Shown here in pieces: positions 34,635 to 44,588 of a stretch of DNA of 64,000 nucleotides; position 1 is the stretch's first letter; every line of letters starts with the position of its first letter. The DNA comes from an uncultured Clostridia bacterium (lineage in GTDB: Bacteria; Bacillota; Clostridia; Oscillospirales; CAG-272). Under the pieces are notes generated by a model. It did no database searches. It saw only the letters and a program-made list of their open reading frames with translations, and had not been told where the DNA came from. A program made the position numbers and the translations under genes. The DNA lies in assembly GCA_944391815.1 (NCBI GenBank), contig CALXUV010000075.1, positions 920-64,919 of the forward strand. Direction: 5' to 3'.

Positions 34635-35660
34635 ATGAATTTTTCAGACAAGTTAATTCTGTTAAGAAAACAAAACGGTCTTTCACAGGAAGAGCTGGCC
34701 GAAAAACTTGATGTGACAAGGCAATCAGTGTCAAAGTGGGAAAGCGGTGCAAGTATGCCGGAGCTGAACAAAATTTTACAGATAAGCCAACTTTTTAATG
34801 TAAGCACCGATTATTTACTTAAAGAAGCGGATTCGGAACAATCAGTATTGAATTTAAAATCAGAAAACCTGAATATAAAGAGAGTTTCGCAGACAGAAGC
34901 CGATGATTTTATCTTGCATTCAAAAAAGCTGGCAATGCTTTACACAATTGCAACAATACTCTGTATATTATCCCCTTTCCCACTTATGCTTACACTTGCA
35001 AATCCCGCTTTCAAGCTTTTTTCAACAACGTTTATGATTATTTCAGGTATTGCCGGTTTGCTTGTCTTTGTTGCCGCCGGAACTTGTATTTTCATATATG
35101 CAAATTACAAAAATCTGAAATTTACCTACATCGATAATCAGGATTTTATAATCGATCGTCCCACGCGTGAAACTGTCGAAAAACAAAAGCAGGCGTATTA
35201 CGGAATTTTTATCCGCAATATCATCATAGGCGTGATATTTTGTATTATTTCTGCAATTCCTGTTATCGTTTTTGCATTGTTGATCACCGATTATATAGGT
35301 GCAGGTGTCTGTATCACTCTTTTAATTGTAATTTGCGGAGTATCATTGTTTATTTACACCGGAACAAGATTTTCTGCATTCCAAAAATTACTTTCTGAGG
35401 GAGAATACAGCAAAAAGCGCAGAACCTCCAACCTTCTGATGGAAAAAATATGCGGTATATATTGGCCGGTAATTGCCGCAGTTTATTTGGTTTGCAGTTT
35501 TCTTGGCAACAACTGGCATATAAGCTGGATCATTTGGCCTGTGGCAGCTTTACTTTTTGCCGTTCTGGATTCCGTTGTAAACATAATTACCGAAAAAGAT
35601 TCTGAATCTAAAAAATCTTCCCGGACTTCAGTTAAAGATCACTCCGATACAGAAGACTGA
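34635..35660 (+). CDS. XRE-family HTH regulator fused to a multi-pass membrane domain
   Basis: 341 aa with an AAGGAGG RBS. The N-terminal Cro/C1 HTH is LRKQNGLSQEELAEKLDVTRQSVSKWESG, followed by about 6 hydrophobic segments. Confidence 0.8.
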   Translation: MNFSDKLILLRKQNGLSQEELAEKLDVTRQSVSKWESGASMPELNKILQISQLFNVSTDYLLKEADSEQSVLNLKSENLNIKRVSQTEADDFILHSKKLAMLYTIATILCILSPFPLMLTLANPAFKLFSTTFMIISGIAGLLVFVAAGTCIFIYANYKNLKFTYIDNQDFIIDRPTRETVEKQKQAYYGIFIRNIIIGVIFCIISAIPVIVFALLITDYIGAGVCITLLIVICGVSLFIYTGTRFSAFQKLLSEGEYSKKRRTSNLLMEKICGIYWPVIAAVYLVCSFLGNNWHISWIIWPVAALLFAVLDSVVNIITEKDSESKKSSRTSVKDHSDTED

Positions 35661-35744
35661 GAAGAGCTTGAATAAGCTAAAATAACGAATTTCAAAACAC
35701 AATCAGATTTAACAAAATCATTTATCTTTTTAAATGTAACTTGA

Positions 35745-35774
35745 AAGCCGCATGAATCAAAAGCGGCTTTTTGT
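35745..35774 (+). terminator. Terminator after the XRE-membrane gene
   Basis: AAGCCGC-loop-GCGGCTT is followed by TTTTG. Confidence 0.6.
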
Positions 35775-35968
35775 AATTAAATTCTATAACCTCGGTTGCA
35801 AGTTTGAAGTAAATGCTTTTAAATCATTTTCGGATGATTTTCATAATTTTTAATTCGTCCACTACAAGCAGACTTGTGAATGGCTAAAACAATTTTCCGC
35901 TTTAAAATACGGTATTGATTTTTAAGCGGATTTATGGTAAACTGTTCGTATAAAGAAGGGAGGCTAAT

Positions 35969-37048
35969 ATGGATTACACGATTACTGAAAATACCCAAGC
36001 CGCTTCAACTAAGGCGTACAATTGCCCTAACTGCGGAGCAGAACTTAAATTTGATCCGGATAAGCATAAACTTTGTTGTGAATTCTGCGAATCCGAGTTT
36101 ACCGCAGAAGAAATAGAAAGGCAGAATATATACGATTTCAGCACTGAAAAACAGAAAAATTCCGAAGAATACTGCAGTAAACTCGACGAATTTTACTGTC
36201 CGAACTGCGGAGCTGAAATAGTTGCCGACGAAAATACCGCCGCCGATATCTGCGTCTATTGTCAAAGCCCGGTTGTACATAAAGGCAAGCTTTCCGGTCA
36301 GATGATGCCCGATAAAATAATTCCCTTTAAATACGGTAAAGAGGAAGCTGAAAACAAATTCACATCTTTTGCCGCTTCAAAATGGTTCGTACCGAATGAT
36401 TTCAAAAGCAAAAAACATGCCGATCTCATACGGGGCGTTTACTATCCTTTCTGGGTCACTGACGCCGATACATATTCCGAACTCAACGCAAACTGCACAA
36501 AGGTAAGAGTTTGGCGCAGCGGAAACACTCAGTATACCGAAACGTCGAGGTTTAACGTTACAAGAGGCGGCGACATACACTTTGAGGATCTTGTGACTTC
36601 CGCTTATTCAAAAGGCGACAAGGAAATGCTGGAAGGCATTCTGCCCTACCCTTCCTCTTCCCTTATTCCTTTTTCAATGGCGTATCTTTCAGGCTTTAAA
36701 GCAAACAAAAGGGACATTGAAAGGGAAACCCTTTCGGAAGAGATAAAACAAAGAATGAGATCTTATGCCGAGACTCTGCTCGCAGGTACAATTGCCGGAT
36801 ACAGCACTGTTTCGAAAAAAAATCTGGGAGTCAATATAAAAGTTTCTCACTGGGAATATTCTCTTATGCCCGTTTGGGTACTTAACTACATCACGCCCAA
36901 AAAAACATACAAATACGCAATGAACGGGCATACCGGTAAAATATACGGAGAGCTGCCGGTTTCATTTAAAAAAGTCATGATCGCCTGCGGCGCAGTGTTT
37001 GCCGTTGTTGCGCCCATCGTCGGACTGATAGGAGGTTTGTTCCTATGA
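35969..37048 (+). CDS. Double zinc-ribbon protein with a C-terminal TM anchor; function unknown
   Basis: 359 aa with a GGGAGG RBS. Two CPNCGAE...C..C ribbons (CPNCGAELKF...CCEFC and CPNCGAEIVA...CVYC) and a terminal hydrophobic helix. The stop overlaps the next start (ATGA). Confidence 0.7.
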   Translation: MDYTITENTQAASTKAYNCPNCGAELKFDPDKHKLCCEFCESEFTAEEIERQNIYDFSTEKQKNSEEYCSKLDEFYCPNCGAEIVADENTAADICVYCQSPVVHKGKLSGQMMPDKIIPFKYGKEEAENKFTSFAASKWFVPNDFKSKKHADLIRGVYYPFWVTDADTYSELNANCTKVRVWRSGNTQYTETSRFNVTRGGDIHFEDLVTSAYSKGDKEMLEGILPYPSSSLIPFSMAYLSGFKANKRDIERETLSEEIKQRMRSYAETLLAGTIAGYSTVSKKNLGVNIKVSHWEYSLMPVWVLNYITPKKTYKYAMNGHTGKIYGELPVSFKKVMIACGAVFAVVAPIVGLIGGLFL

Positions 37049-37779
37049 AAAAAACATTTGTGCTCGCAGTGCTGATATTTACAGTGCTGATTACACCTCT
37101 GCCGTCAAACGCCGCTGAGCAGGATAAATATGTCTACGATCTTGCCGGCATTCTGACTGAAACGGAGATAAACGAAATTGAAAGCGCCGCAAAAAATTAT
37201 TTCTCGGATTCCTATGCTTCTGTTTACATAGTGACCGACCCGAGCGGAAATGTCAGCTACTACGGAGAGGACTTTATTGAGGAGTACCCTGAAGCGGGAA
37301 AGAATTCCATAATTCTTATAATAACTGACAATTCCCGTCATAACTACAACCTTTACACATACGGAAAATGCAACAGGCTTATCAGTAATTCCGAAGTTGA
37401 TATGATCCTGGACGATCCGGAAGTTTACAATAACATCAAAATCAATAACGATTATGCCGCCGCTTCAGTGCGTTTTCTTGAGCTTTCATCTGAGGCATGC
37501 AAGCCGGAGTATTTAAAAGCGATTTTATTAGGTGTTTTTGTCGGACTTGCAGCGTCAGTGATAACAGGAGTATGCATAGTTTATACATACGGAAGGAAAA
37601 TGCGTTCCGAAAAATACCCGCTTGGCCAGTTCGCAAAACTTGAACTTACAAGGAAAGAGGACTTTTTTACCGGAAGTTTCGTTACCAAACAGACAATTCA
37701 CAAATCCAGCGGTAGCGGTCGCGGCGGTTCACGCGGTGGTGGAGGCGGAGGAGGAAGAGGTCACAGAGGCGGAAGATAA
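37045..37779 (+). CDS. TPM-domain (YgcG-like) protein with a signal/anchor, a TM and a Gly/Arg-rich tail
   Basis: 244 aa. N-terminal signal-like helix; TPM-like YVYDLAGILTETEINEIES; a TM (AILLGVFVGLAASVITGVCIV); and the C-terminal tail GSGRGGSRGGGGGGGRGHRGGR. Confidence 0.7.
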   Translation: MKKTFVLAVLIFTVLITPLPSNAAEQDKYVYDLAGILTETEINEIESAAKNYFSDSYASVYIVTDPSGNVSYYGEDFIEEYPEAGKNSIILIITDNSRHNYNLYTYGKCNRLISNSEVDMILDDPEVYNNIKINNDYAAASVRFLELSSEACKPEYLKAILLGVFVGLAASVITGVCIVYTYGRKMRSEKYPLGQFAKLELTRKEDFFTGSFVTKQTIHKSSGSGRGGSRGGGGGGGRGHRGGR

Positions 37780-37885
37780 AAATAAAGCGCAGATAAAAAG
37801 ACTTGCTTCCGTTTAAAACGAAAACATAATATAGCCAATCTGCAACTTTACTTTAACAGTCCGGACCCGAAAGGAACAGTAAAAA

Positions 37886-38986
37886 ATGCTTTGGTATCTG
37901 CTTAACATTTTCATTCTTACGGTTGTTTGGTTTTTACCGACAGACAGTAAATTTATCATTTCCGATTCAAAGGAAAGCATGAAAATCAGAAAAAAACGTC
38001 TCTGCATTGCAGCTACCGTGAATTGGATTCTGCTTTCAGGTCTGCGTTCGCTGTCTGTCGGACCGGATACTTACAATTACCTTGTAAACAGTTTTATTCC
38101 GGTAAAGGAAATGAGCTGGAATGAAGTATTGCGGCTTTTTCCGGAGAGATATCTTTACGGTCAATCGGTATTGGATCCGGGATATTGCCTGCTGACAAAA
38201 ATTTTTCAGATTTTCTCCGGAAATTATCAGGTATGGCTTTTCTTTATCGCCGTAGTTTTTACCGTCCCGCTCGGAGTCATAATATACCGTTTCTCGTCAA
38301 ATCCTTACCTAAGCTACATTCTTTATTCGACTCTTTTTTACAATTTCTTTTCAGTTACCGGTCACCGTCAGACTTTAGCCACGGCAATTGTTTTCGGTAT
38401 AGGACTTTTTGCCGCACTGAAACGACGCTTTTTCATTTTCCTTTTTTCACTGCTTGTTGCCTGTACAATTCATCCATCTGCTATAGCATTTTTGCCGGTT
38501 TACTTTTTGGCAAAAGTGAGACTGAGAAAAAATCAGCTTATATTTTGTTTTTCTGCCATAGCTCTCAGCTATATTTTCAGAAACCAACTTCTCAGCATTC
38601 TCAAATCAATTACCGGATACAATTCTTTCGGTCAGGTCCCTCAGGCCGGAGCAGGCGCATTTATAATTCTGTTACTCTCATTTGCTGTTCTGATTTCAAT
38701 ATTTTACAACAGAACAGTTGATTTAGCCGAAACAGAAACCGGCATCATTCATCTTTCGTACAATGCACTTCTGACTGCTTGTTTTTTCTCATCACTTCTG
38801 CTGATTAACCCTGTTTTTATGAGAGTTTTGCAATATTACTCACTTCTCTTACTGATTTTGTTGCCGGAAGGTGCAAGGATATTCGGAAAAGGCAAAGGAA
38901 GAATGTTTTACGGTTTGTGCTGTACCTTGCTTATGCTTGCTCTTTTTGTTTCGGAAAAGAGATTTTACGAGTTTTTCTGGCAGTAA
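37886..38986 (+). CDS. EpsG-family polytopic membrane protein (putative polysaccharide polymerase/glycosyltransferase)
   Basis: 366 aa with about 10 hydrophobic segments. LSVGPDTYNY near the N-terminus is the pattern typical of EpsG-like proteins. Confidence 0.65.
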   Translation: MLWYLLNIFILTVVWFLPTDSKFIISDSKESMKIRKKRLCIAATVNWILLSGLRSLSVGPDTYNYLVNSFIPVKEMSWNEVLRLFPERYLYGQSVLDPGYCLLTKIFQIFSGNYQVWLFFIAVVFTVPLGVIIYRFSSNPYLSYILYSTLFYNFFSVTGHRQTLATAIVFGIGLFAALKRRFFIFLFSLLVACTIHPSAIAFLPVYFLAKVRLRKNQLIFCFSAIALSYIFRNQLLSILKSITGYNSFGQVPQAGAGAFIILLLSFAVLISIFYNRTVDLAETETGIIHLSYNALLTACFFSSLLLINPVFMRVLQYYSLLLLILLPEGARIFGKGKGRMFYGLCCTLLMLALFVSEKRFYEFFWQ

Positions 38987-39101
38987 TGCAACGTTTCTTT
39001 TATCGGTAAAATTACATGTGTTTTTGCCGTGATTATTCAAAGCTTCCCGTAATAGACCAGCCTGCTTACTAAAAAACCAAATCTTTACTAAAAACAAAAA
39101 G

Positions 39102-39128
39102 TCCGGTCTCTGTTCTTTGCAGACCGGA
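39102..39128. terminator. Bidirectional terminator between the convergent EpsG-like and S1-domain genes
   Basis: TCCGGTCT-loop-AGACCGGA, flanked by an A-run upstream and a T-run downstream. Confidence 0.7.
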
Positions 39129-39234
39129 TTATTTTTGTTTAAGCTCTATTGCGTTGGGATTCAATTTGCTTACGGAAAATTCAGATAAAAATTCTTACTT
39201 AAATCCGGTTAAAGATAATAAAAAAGCTTATTTG

Positions 39235-40158
39235 TCAGAATACACTTTCTATTACTTTACTGCATTCCGGCGGAGAATATTTCCAGACGGAAATATGACC
39301 GGCGGGTGGGCAGAAATATCTCGGGGTTTTTACCGCGGAATCCTTTTTGGCAGCATCGATGATAACAAGTTTTATTTTCATTCTTTCGGGAATTATGTTT
39401 TTTATGTAAACTGCCGCAGACTGTCCTACCGTAAGATCGCTTCTTGCTTCCGCAAGTCCGGTGAGATTCGGGGCGAGTTCTATAAAGACGCCGTAATCTT
39501 CTATTGAACGTATTGTACCGGCAACTGTCTGACCGACTGAAAACTCTGACGCATTTTCGAGCCATGTTCCGAGCAGTTCTTTCTGGCTTACATATACTCT
39601 CCCCGTGTCGTAGTCTATACTTTTGACGACAGCTTTCAGATTCATACCGACAGAAAATCTGTCCTTTGGATGGGAAATCCGCGAAACGGATATGCTGTCA
39701 ATTGTCATAAGTGATATTAATCCGCAACCGATATCGACAAACGCCCCGAACTTTTCCATATGAGTTACCTTAGCATCAATGATATCACCGGCAACAAGAT
39801 TCATCACAAAATTCTGTCTGCACTCAAGTTGTGCCATTCTCCTCGAAAGAATCGCCACCGTACGGCCTTCTTCGTCTTTTGAAAACCCCATTACTTTGAA
39901 GCAGACCGGTTTACCTGTCCTCGTTATAACGGCGATATCCTTCTGTGGTTCTTCGCTGTACAATGCTTCGGCTCTGGGTATTATCCCCTTCACTCCGTAC
40001 AGATCGACAGATATATTAAGCTCGCTGTCACACATAACCGCCATTCCCTCAAGAATTTTATCCTGCTCCTTTGCTTTTTCAAGTCCTTTGAGAGTGGATG
40101 TAAGTTCACGGTTTTCAGCATTACCAATCAGAAAACCTTCCGGTAAATATTTATTCAT
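39235..40158 (-). CDS. S1 RNA-binding domain protein (multiple S1 repeats)
   Basis: 307 aa with repeated S1-type segments (GDIIDAKVTHMEKFGAFVDIG, GQTVAGTIRSIEDYGVFIELAPNLTGL). Confidence 0.8.
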   Translation of the reverse strand: MNKYLPEGFLIGNAENRELTSTLKGLEKAKEQDKILEGMAVMCDSELNISVDLYGVKGIIPRAEALYSEEPQKDIAVITRTGKPVCFKVMGFSKDEEGRTVAILSRRMAQLECRQNFVMNLVAGDIIDAKVTHMEKFGAFVDIGCGLISLMTIDSISVSRISHPKDRFSVGMNLKAVVKSIDYDTGRVYVSQKELLGTWLENASEFSVGQTVAGTIRSIEDYGVFIELAPNLTGLAEARSDLTVGQSAAVYIKNIIPERMKIKLVIIDAAKKDSAVKTPRYFCPPAGHISVWKYSPPECSKVIESVF

Positions 40159-40385
40159 TGGATTGTTTTTTCCTTTCTTTTAATAAACTTGTTACATTCT
40201 ATGCGCAAAGATCAAAAATAGAACATAACATATTTTGACGCACCCAATTAAAATATTTACAAAATTTACAATTTAATATGGAAATATAAATGTCAAAGGT
40301 GTAAAATATATGCTGTGTTATTTTAATTTGTCAGCTCACATTTGTTTTCAGTTGACAAAATCGTAAAAATTCAGGAGTGATTACC

Positions 40386-40649
40386 ATGGCGGAAATAAAA
40401 AATTATACGGTTTATAAATCAAAACCAGTCGTAATGTTCAGTCAGAACAACACCATAATTTACGGAAATATGAACGAAAAAGCTTTTGCTGAAATAGTTG
40501 TGCTCGGTGAGGATGTTACCGGAATGCTGATGGTTACAATCAAATCCACTGAAAACAAATCGGTTCTGCGTGCGAATGAATTCAAAAACGGACTTCAGGA
40601 AGCGCTTGACTATTCCTGCGAGCAGATAGAAAGATACAACAAAAAGTAA
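40386..40649 (+). CDS. Hypothetical protein
   Basis: 87 aa from ATG 40386, with AGGAG 10 nt upstream; the track begins at GTG 40377. No family recognised. Confidence 0.45.
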   Translation: MAEIKNYTVYKSKPVVMFSQNNTIIYGNMNEKAFAEIVVLGEDVTGMLMVTIKSTENKSVLRANEFKNGLQEALDYSCEQIERYNKK

Positions 40650-40901
40650 GCGAATAATTCTGCCCGATTTGACAGAACCTGCTGTAATTTCTGATTAATA
40701 ATCAGATTCCAGGCTGAAAAGTCGATTTATTTCTATCAAGACAAATTTACGGTTTACTTTATTCAAAAAATTTTGTATATATTTTCTCCCATTTAGCTTT
40801 TTTTGAATGGATAAAGCATTTTTGAAGTCAACTCTCAGCCATTTGGCTTTGTTATAATGACTGAAACATCAAAATATATTTTTTAACAGAGGTTTTTACA
40901 G

Positions 40902-41744
40902 ATGAACAAGATTTTGGAAAAAGAGATCCTGAACCCAACCGTTCATAAAATGGTTGTGTCCGCCCCGCTGGTGGCAAAAAAAGCCCAGCCGGGTCAGTTT
41001 ATTATTCTGCGTGTCGACAGCGAAGGAGAAAGAATTCCGCTCACAATAGCCGACTATGACAGAGAAAAAGGCACAGTTACCATAATATATCAGATAGTCG
41101 GAGCAACAACCGAAAAGCTCTCTCATCTGAATGAAGGCGACTTTATATGTGACTTTGCAGGACCGCTCGGCAAGCCCACGGAAACTGACGGTCTGAAAAA
41201 AGTAGCGGTAGTCGGAGGCGGAGTCGGATGCGCAATCGCTTACCCCGTAGCCAAAAAGCTTCATGATAGCGGCGCAGTTGTTCATTCGGTAATAGGTTTC
41301 AGAAACAAGGATCTTGTTATTCTTGAAAAAGAATTCTCTGATGTAAGCGACAAGATGGTGCTTGTAAGTGACGACGGCTCCACCGGCAGAAAAGGTCTTG
41401 TCACGGACGCACTGAAAGAGCTTATTGAAAGCGGAGAAAAATACGACGAAGTAATAACGATCGGTCCGCTCATAATGATGAAATTCGTATGCAAGCTGAC
41501 CAAAGAATACGGCATAAAAACGGTAGTAAGCATGAACCCCATAATGATCGACGGAACCGGAATGTGCGGCGGTTGTCGGCTGACGGTCGGCGGTGAGACA
41601 AAATTCGCCTGTGTTGACGGTCCGGATTTTGACGGACATCTGGTTGACTTTGACGAGGCTATGGCAAGAGGCTCAATGTATAAAACCCAGGAAAGAGCGG
41701 CACATGAACATGCATGCAGACTTTTCAGCAAGGAGGCAAAATAA
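40902..41744 (+). CDS. nfnA: NfnA-type subunit: sulfide/dihydroorotate-dehydrogenase-like FAD/NAD-binding and [2Fe-2S] protein
   Basis: 280 aa. An FNR-like fold (PGQFIILRVDSEGERIPLTIADYD) and a C-terminal Cys cluster (GTGMCGGCRL...KFACVDGP). TAATG overlap with the next gene. Confidence 0.75.
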   Translation: MNKILEKEILNPTVHKMVVSAPLVAKKAQPGQFIILRVDSEGERIPLTIADYDREKGTVTIIYQIVGATTEKLSHLNEGDFICDFAGPLGKPTETDGLKKVAVVGGGVGCAIAYPVAKKLHDSGAVVHSVIGFRNKDLVILEKEFSDVSDKMVLVSDDGSTGRKGLVTDALKELIESGEKYDEVITIGPLIMMKFVCKLTKEYGIKTVVSMNPIMIDGTGMCGGCRLTVGGETKFACVDGPDFDGHLVDFDEAMARGSMYKTQERAAHEHACRLFSKEAK

Positions 41745-43138
41745 TGGCTAACATGTCTTTGAAAAAAAACGAAATGCCCTCACAGGCTCCCGATGTAAGA
41801 AATAAAAATTTCCGGGAGGTTGCTCTCGGATATACACCTGAAACCGCTATCGACGAGGCAAAGCGTTGCCTTAACTGCAAAAACAAACCCTGCGTTTCCG
41901 GTTGTCCCGTAAACATTCATATTCCCGAATTTATCGCAAAAGTGGCAGAAGGAGAATTCGAGGAAGCTTACAAAGTAATCGCACAGTCAAGTTCCCTCCC
42001 CGCGGTCTGCGGAAGAGTATGTCCTCAGGAAACTCAGTGCGAGTCCAAATGCGTAAGAGGTATAAAAGGTGAACCGGTTGCAATCGGAAGACTTGAGAGA
42101 TTTGTTGCTGACTATCACAACGCTCATTCAACCGAAAAAATCAGCAAACCCGAGCCAAACGGTCACAAAGTTGCCGTAATCGGCTCCGGGCCTGCCGGAC
42201 TTGCATGCGCAAGCGACCTTGCAAAAAAAGGCTACGACGTTACAGTTTTTGAAGCTCTGCATGTTGCAGGCGGTGTTCTCGTTTACGGAATTCCGGAATT
42301 TCGACTTCCCAAATCCATCGTTTCAAAAGAAATTGAAGGTCTTAAAGATCTTGGCGTAAAAATTTCCACGAATACCGTTATCGGAAAAACCATGTCGGTT
42401 CAGGAGCTGATGAGCGAGGAAGGATTTGAAGCCGTTTTCATAGGCTCAGGTGCCGGACTTCCGAGATTTATGGGCATACCGGGAGAAAATCTTAAAGGTG
42501 TATATTCGGCTAATGAGTTTCTTACCCGCGTCAATCTTATGAAAGCATACAAAGAAGGCAGCGATACTCCGATTCAGAGGTTTAAGTCAGCTGCTGTCGT
42601 CGGAGGCGGAAATGTTGCTATGGACGCTGCCAGATGTGCCAAGCGTCTCGGAGCAGAAAATGTTTATATAGTTTACCGCCGTTCAGAAGCTGAGCTTCCG
42701 GCAAGAGCCGAGGAAGTTGAACACGCAAAAGAGGAAGGAATAATTTTCAGAACTCTTACAAATCCTGTTCAGATTATCCCGGATGAAAACGGATTTGCAA
42801 GCAAGCTTGTGTGCAGAGAAATGGTTCTCGGTGAACCTGACGCTTCCGGAAGAAGAAAACCTATCGAAAAACCCGATTCAAATATCGAAATTGACTGCGA
42901 CTGCGTGATTATGGCAATAGGAACTTCGCCGAATCCTCTTATCAAATCGACAACAAACGGACTTGAAACCCAGAAATGGGGAGGTATAGTTGCCGATGAG
43001 ACCGGAAAAACTTCGATTGAAGGTGTGTATGCCGGCGGTGACGCCGTCACGGGAGCAGCTACCGTAATACTTGCAATGGGCGCCGGAAAAACAGCCGCAA
43101 AAGCTATCGACGAATATATTGTCAGCAAGAACAAATAG
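41744..43138 (+). CDS. nfnB: NfnB-type subunit: NADPH-dependent glutamate-synthase small-chain-like oxidoreductase
   Basis: 464 aa from ATG 41744, with AGGAGG 7 nt upstream. Two [4Fe-4S]-type Cys motifs (CLNCKNKPCVSGCP; CGRVCPQETQCESKC) and dinucleotide folds (VAVIGSGPAGLA, VVGGGNVAMD). Confidence 0.8.
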   Translation: MANMSLKKNEMPSQAPDVRNKNFREVALGYTPETAIDEAKRCLNCKNKPCVSGCPVNIHIPEFIAKVAEGEFEEAYKVIAQSSSLPAVCGRVCPQETQCESKCVRGIKGEPVAIGRLERFVADYHNAHSTEKISKPEPNGHKVAVIGSGPAGLACASDLAKKGYDVTVFEALHVAGGVLVYGIPEFRLPKSIVSKEIEGLKDLGVKISTNTVIGKTMSVQELMSEEGFEAVFIGSGAGLPRFMGIPGENLKGVYSANEFLTRVNLMKAYKEGSDTPIQRFKSAAVVGGGNVAMDAARCAKRLGAENVYIVYRRSEAELPARAEEVEHAKEEGIIFRTLTNPVQIIPDENGFASKLVCREMVLGEPDASGRRKPIEKPDSNIEIDCDCVIMAIGTSPNPLIKSTTNGLETQKWGGIVADETGKTSIEGVYAGGDAVTGAATVILAMGAGKTAAKAIDEYIVSKNK

Positions 43139-43417
43139 TATTATCATTAAAGGACACTTTTATCAAATAATCACATATTCTTGTTATGTATAGGCTTTTA
43201 CCTAAATTTTTTCAGGTAATTTGTATTGTCTTTCCTGCTTGCTCACTTTCACCTGATTTTGAAATATACGATTCTTTGTATTTTACTCGACAGCTGATTT
43301 GATTAACATCGAACATGGTAACATAATCCTTTCAATTCAGGTGGGCATAGCGGCAGTGAAACTTCAATATATACCTACATAAACAAGCCTACAGACATAC
43401 ATTTAAGGAGAAAATTA

Positions 43418-44524
43418 ATGATAGTAGAACTTGAAGAAGCAAAACGCACCCTGCTCGAAAAAGAAAAAGATGTTGAAGAGCTTAAACATGCGCTTAAACT
43501 CGAAGATTTAAAAACAGAAACAAAAGAGCTGGAAGAAAAAACTCTCGCTGCGGATTTCTGGGGTAGTGATGAATCGGGAGCAATTCTGAAAAGAATAAAA
43601 TACCTCAAAGACAGAGTGTCAGCATACGAAGCTCTTAAACAAAAACTTGAAGATACTCTGGTTCTGATCGAAATGGGAATAGAGGAAGACGACGGTTCGG
43701 TTACCGATGAGGTCTTGACTGCGGTCAAGGAAATAGAAGACGAAGAGGAAAAGCAAAGGATCGACATATTGCTTTCCGGTGAATACGATTCAAATAACGC
43801 TATTCTCACCTTCCACCCGGGAGCTGGCGGAACCGAAGCTCAGGACTGGGCTTTGATGCTTTACAGAATGTATACGCGTTGGGGCGAAAGACACAATTTT
43901 AACGTCAAACTTCTCGACTGGCTCGACGGAGAGGAAGCAGGAATAAAGAGTGCAACTATCCGTATAGAAGGAACAAACGCATACGGATATCTCAAAAGTG
44001 AAAACGGAGTCCACAGACTTGTCAGAGTATCTCCTTTTGATGCTTCCGGAAGAAGGCATACTTCTTTTGCATCGGTTGAGGTAATGCCGGAGCTTGACGA
44101 TGACAATAATATCGAATTAAAACCGGAAGATCTTGAAATTACCGCACACAGATCAAGCGGCGCCGGCGGACAGCATATAAACAAAACCGACTCCGCAATA
44201 AGAATAACGCATTTGCCGACCGGAATAGTAGTGGGATGTCAGACGGAACGCAGTCAGCTTCAGAATAAGGAAACGGCTTTGAAAATGCTGAAAGCCAAGC
44301 TTCTTGAAATCAAAATCAGAGAAAACCTCGAAAAAATCGAGGATATAAAAGGAACAAAATACAACATCGAATGGGGCAGTCAGATCAGGTCCTACGTATT
44401 CATGCCGTATACCCTTGCTAAGGATAACCGCACCGGTTATGAAGACGGCAATATTCAGGCGGTAATGGACGGAGAAATAGACGGTTTTATCAACGCATAT
44501 CTGAAAATGAACGCAAAAAGCTGA
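43418..44524 (+). CDS. prfB: Peptide chain release factor 2, encoded in a single frame
   Basis: 368 aa with an AAGGAG RBS. SPF tripeptide motif (RVSPFDA) and GGQ motif (SGAGGQHINKTDSA). The N-terminus is full length, with no internal UGA. Confidence 0.95.
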   Translation: MIVELEEAKRTLLEKEKDVEELKHALKLEDLKTETKELEEKTLAADFWGSDESGAILKRIKYLKDRVSAYEALKQKLEDTLVLIEMGIEEDDGSVTDEVLTAVKEIEDEEEKQRIDILLSGEYDSNNAILTFHPGAGGTEAQDWALMLYRMYTRWGERHNFNVKLLDWLDGEEAGIKSATIRIEGTNAYGYLKSENGVHRLVRVSPFDASGRRHTSFASVEVMPELDDDNNIELKPEDLEITAHRSSGAGGQHINKTDSAIRITHLPTGIVVGCQTERSQLQNKETALKMLKAKLLEIKIRENLEKIEDIKGTKYNIEWGSQIRSYVFMPYTLAKDNRTGYEDGNIQAVMDGEIDGFINAYLKMNAKS

Positions 44525-44588
44525 AAAAACCCTGATGTAATGATTATCATCAATCACGATAATCTGAACCGATAAATATAATACTGTT

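Noticed and set aside
40896-41731. 247-aa and 149-aa minus-strand ORFs opposite nfnA
   Set aside because: They are antisense shadows. The plus-strand frame has clear FNR-like and Fe-S motifs and is translationally coupled to nfnB.
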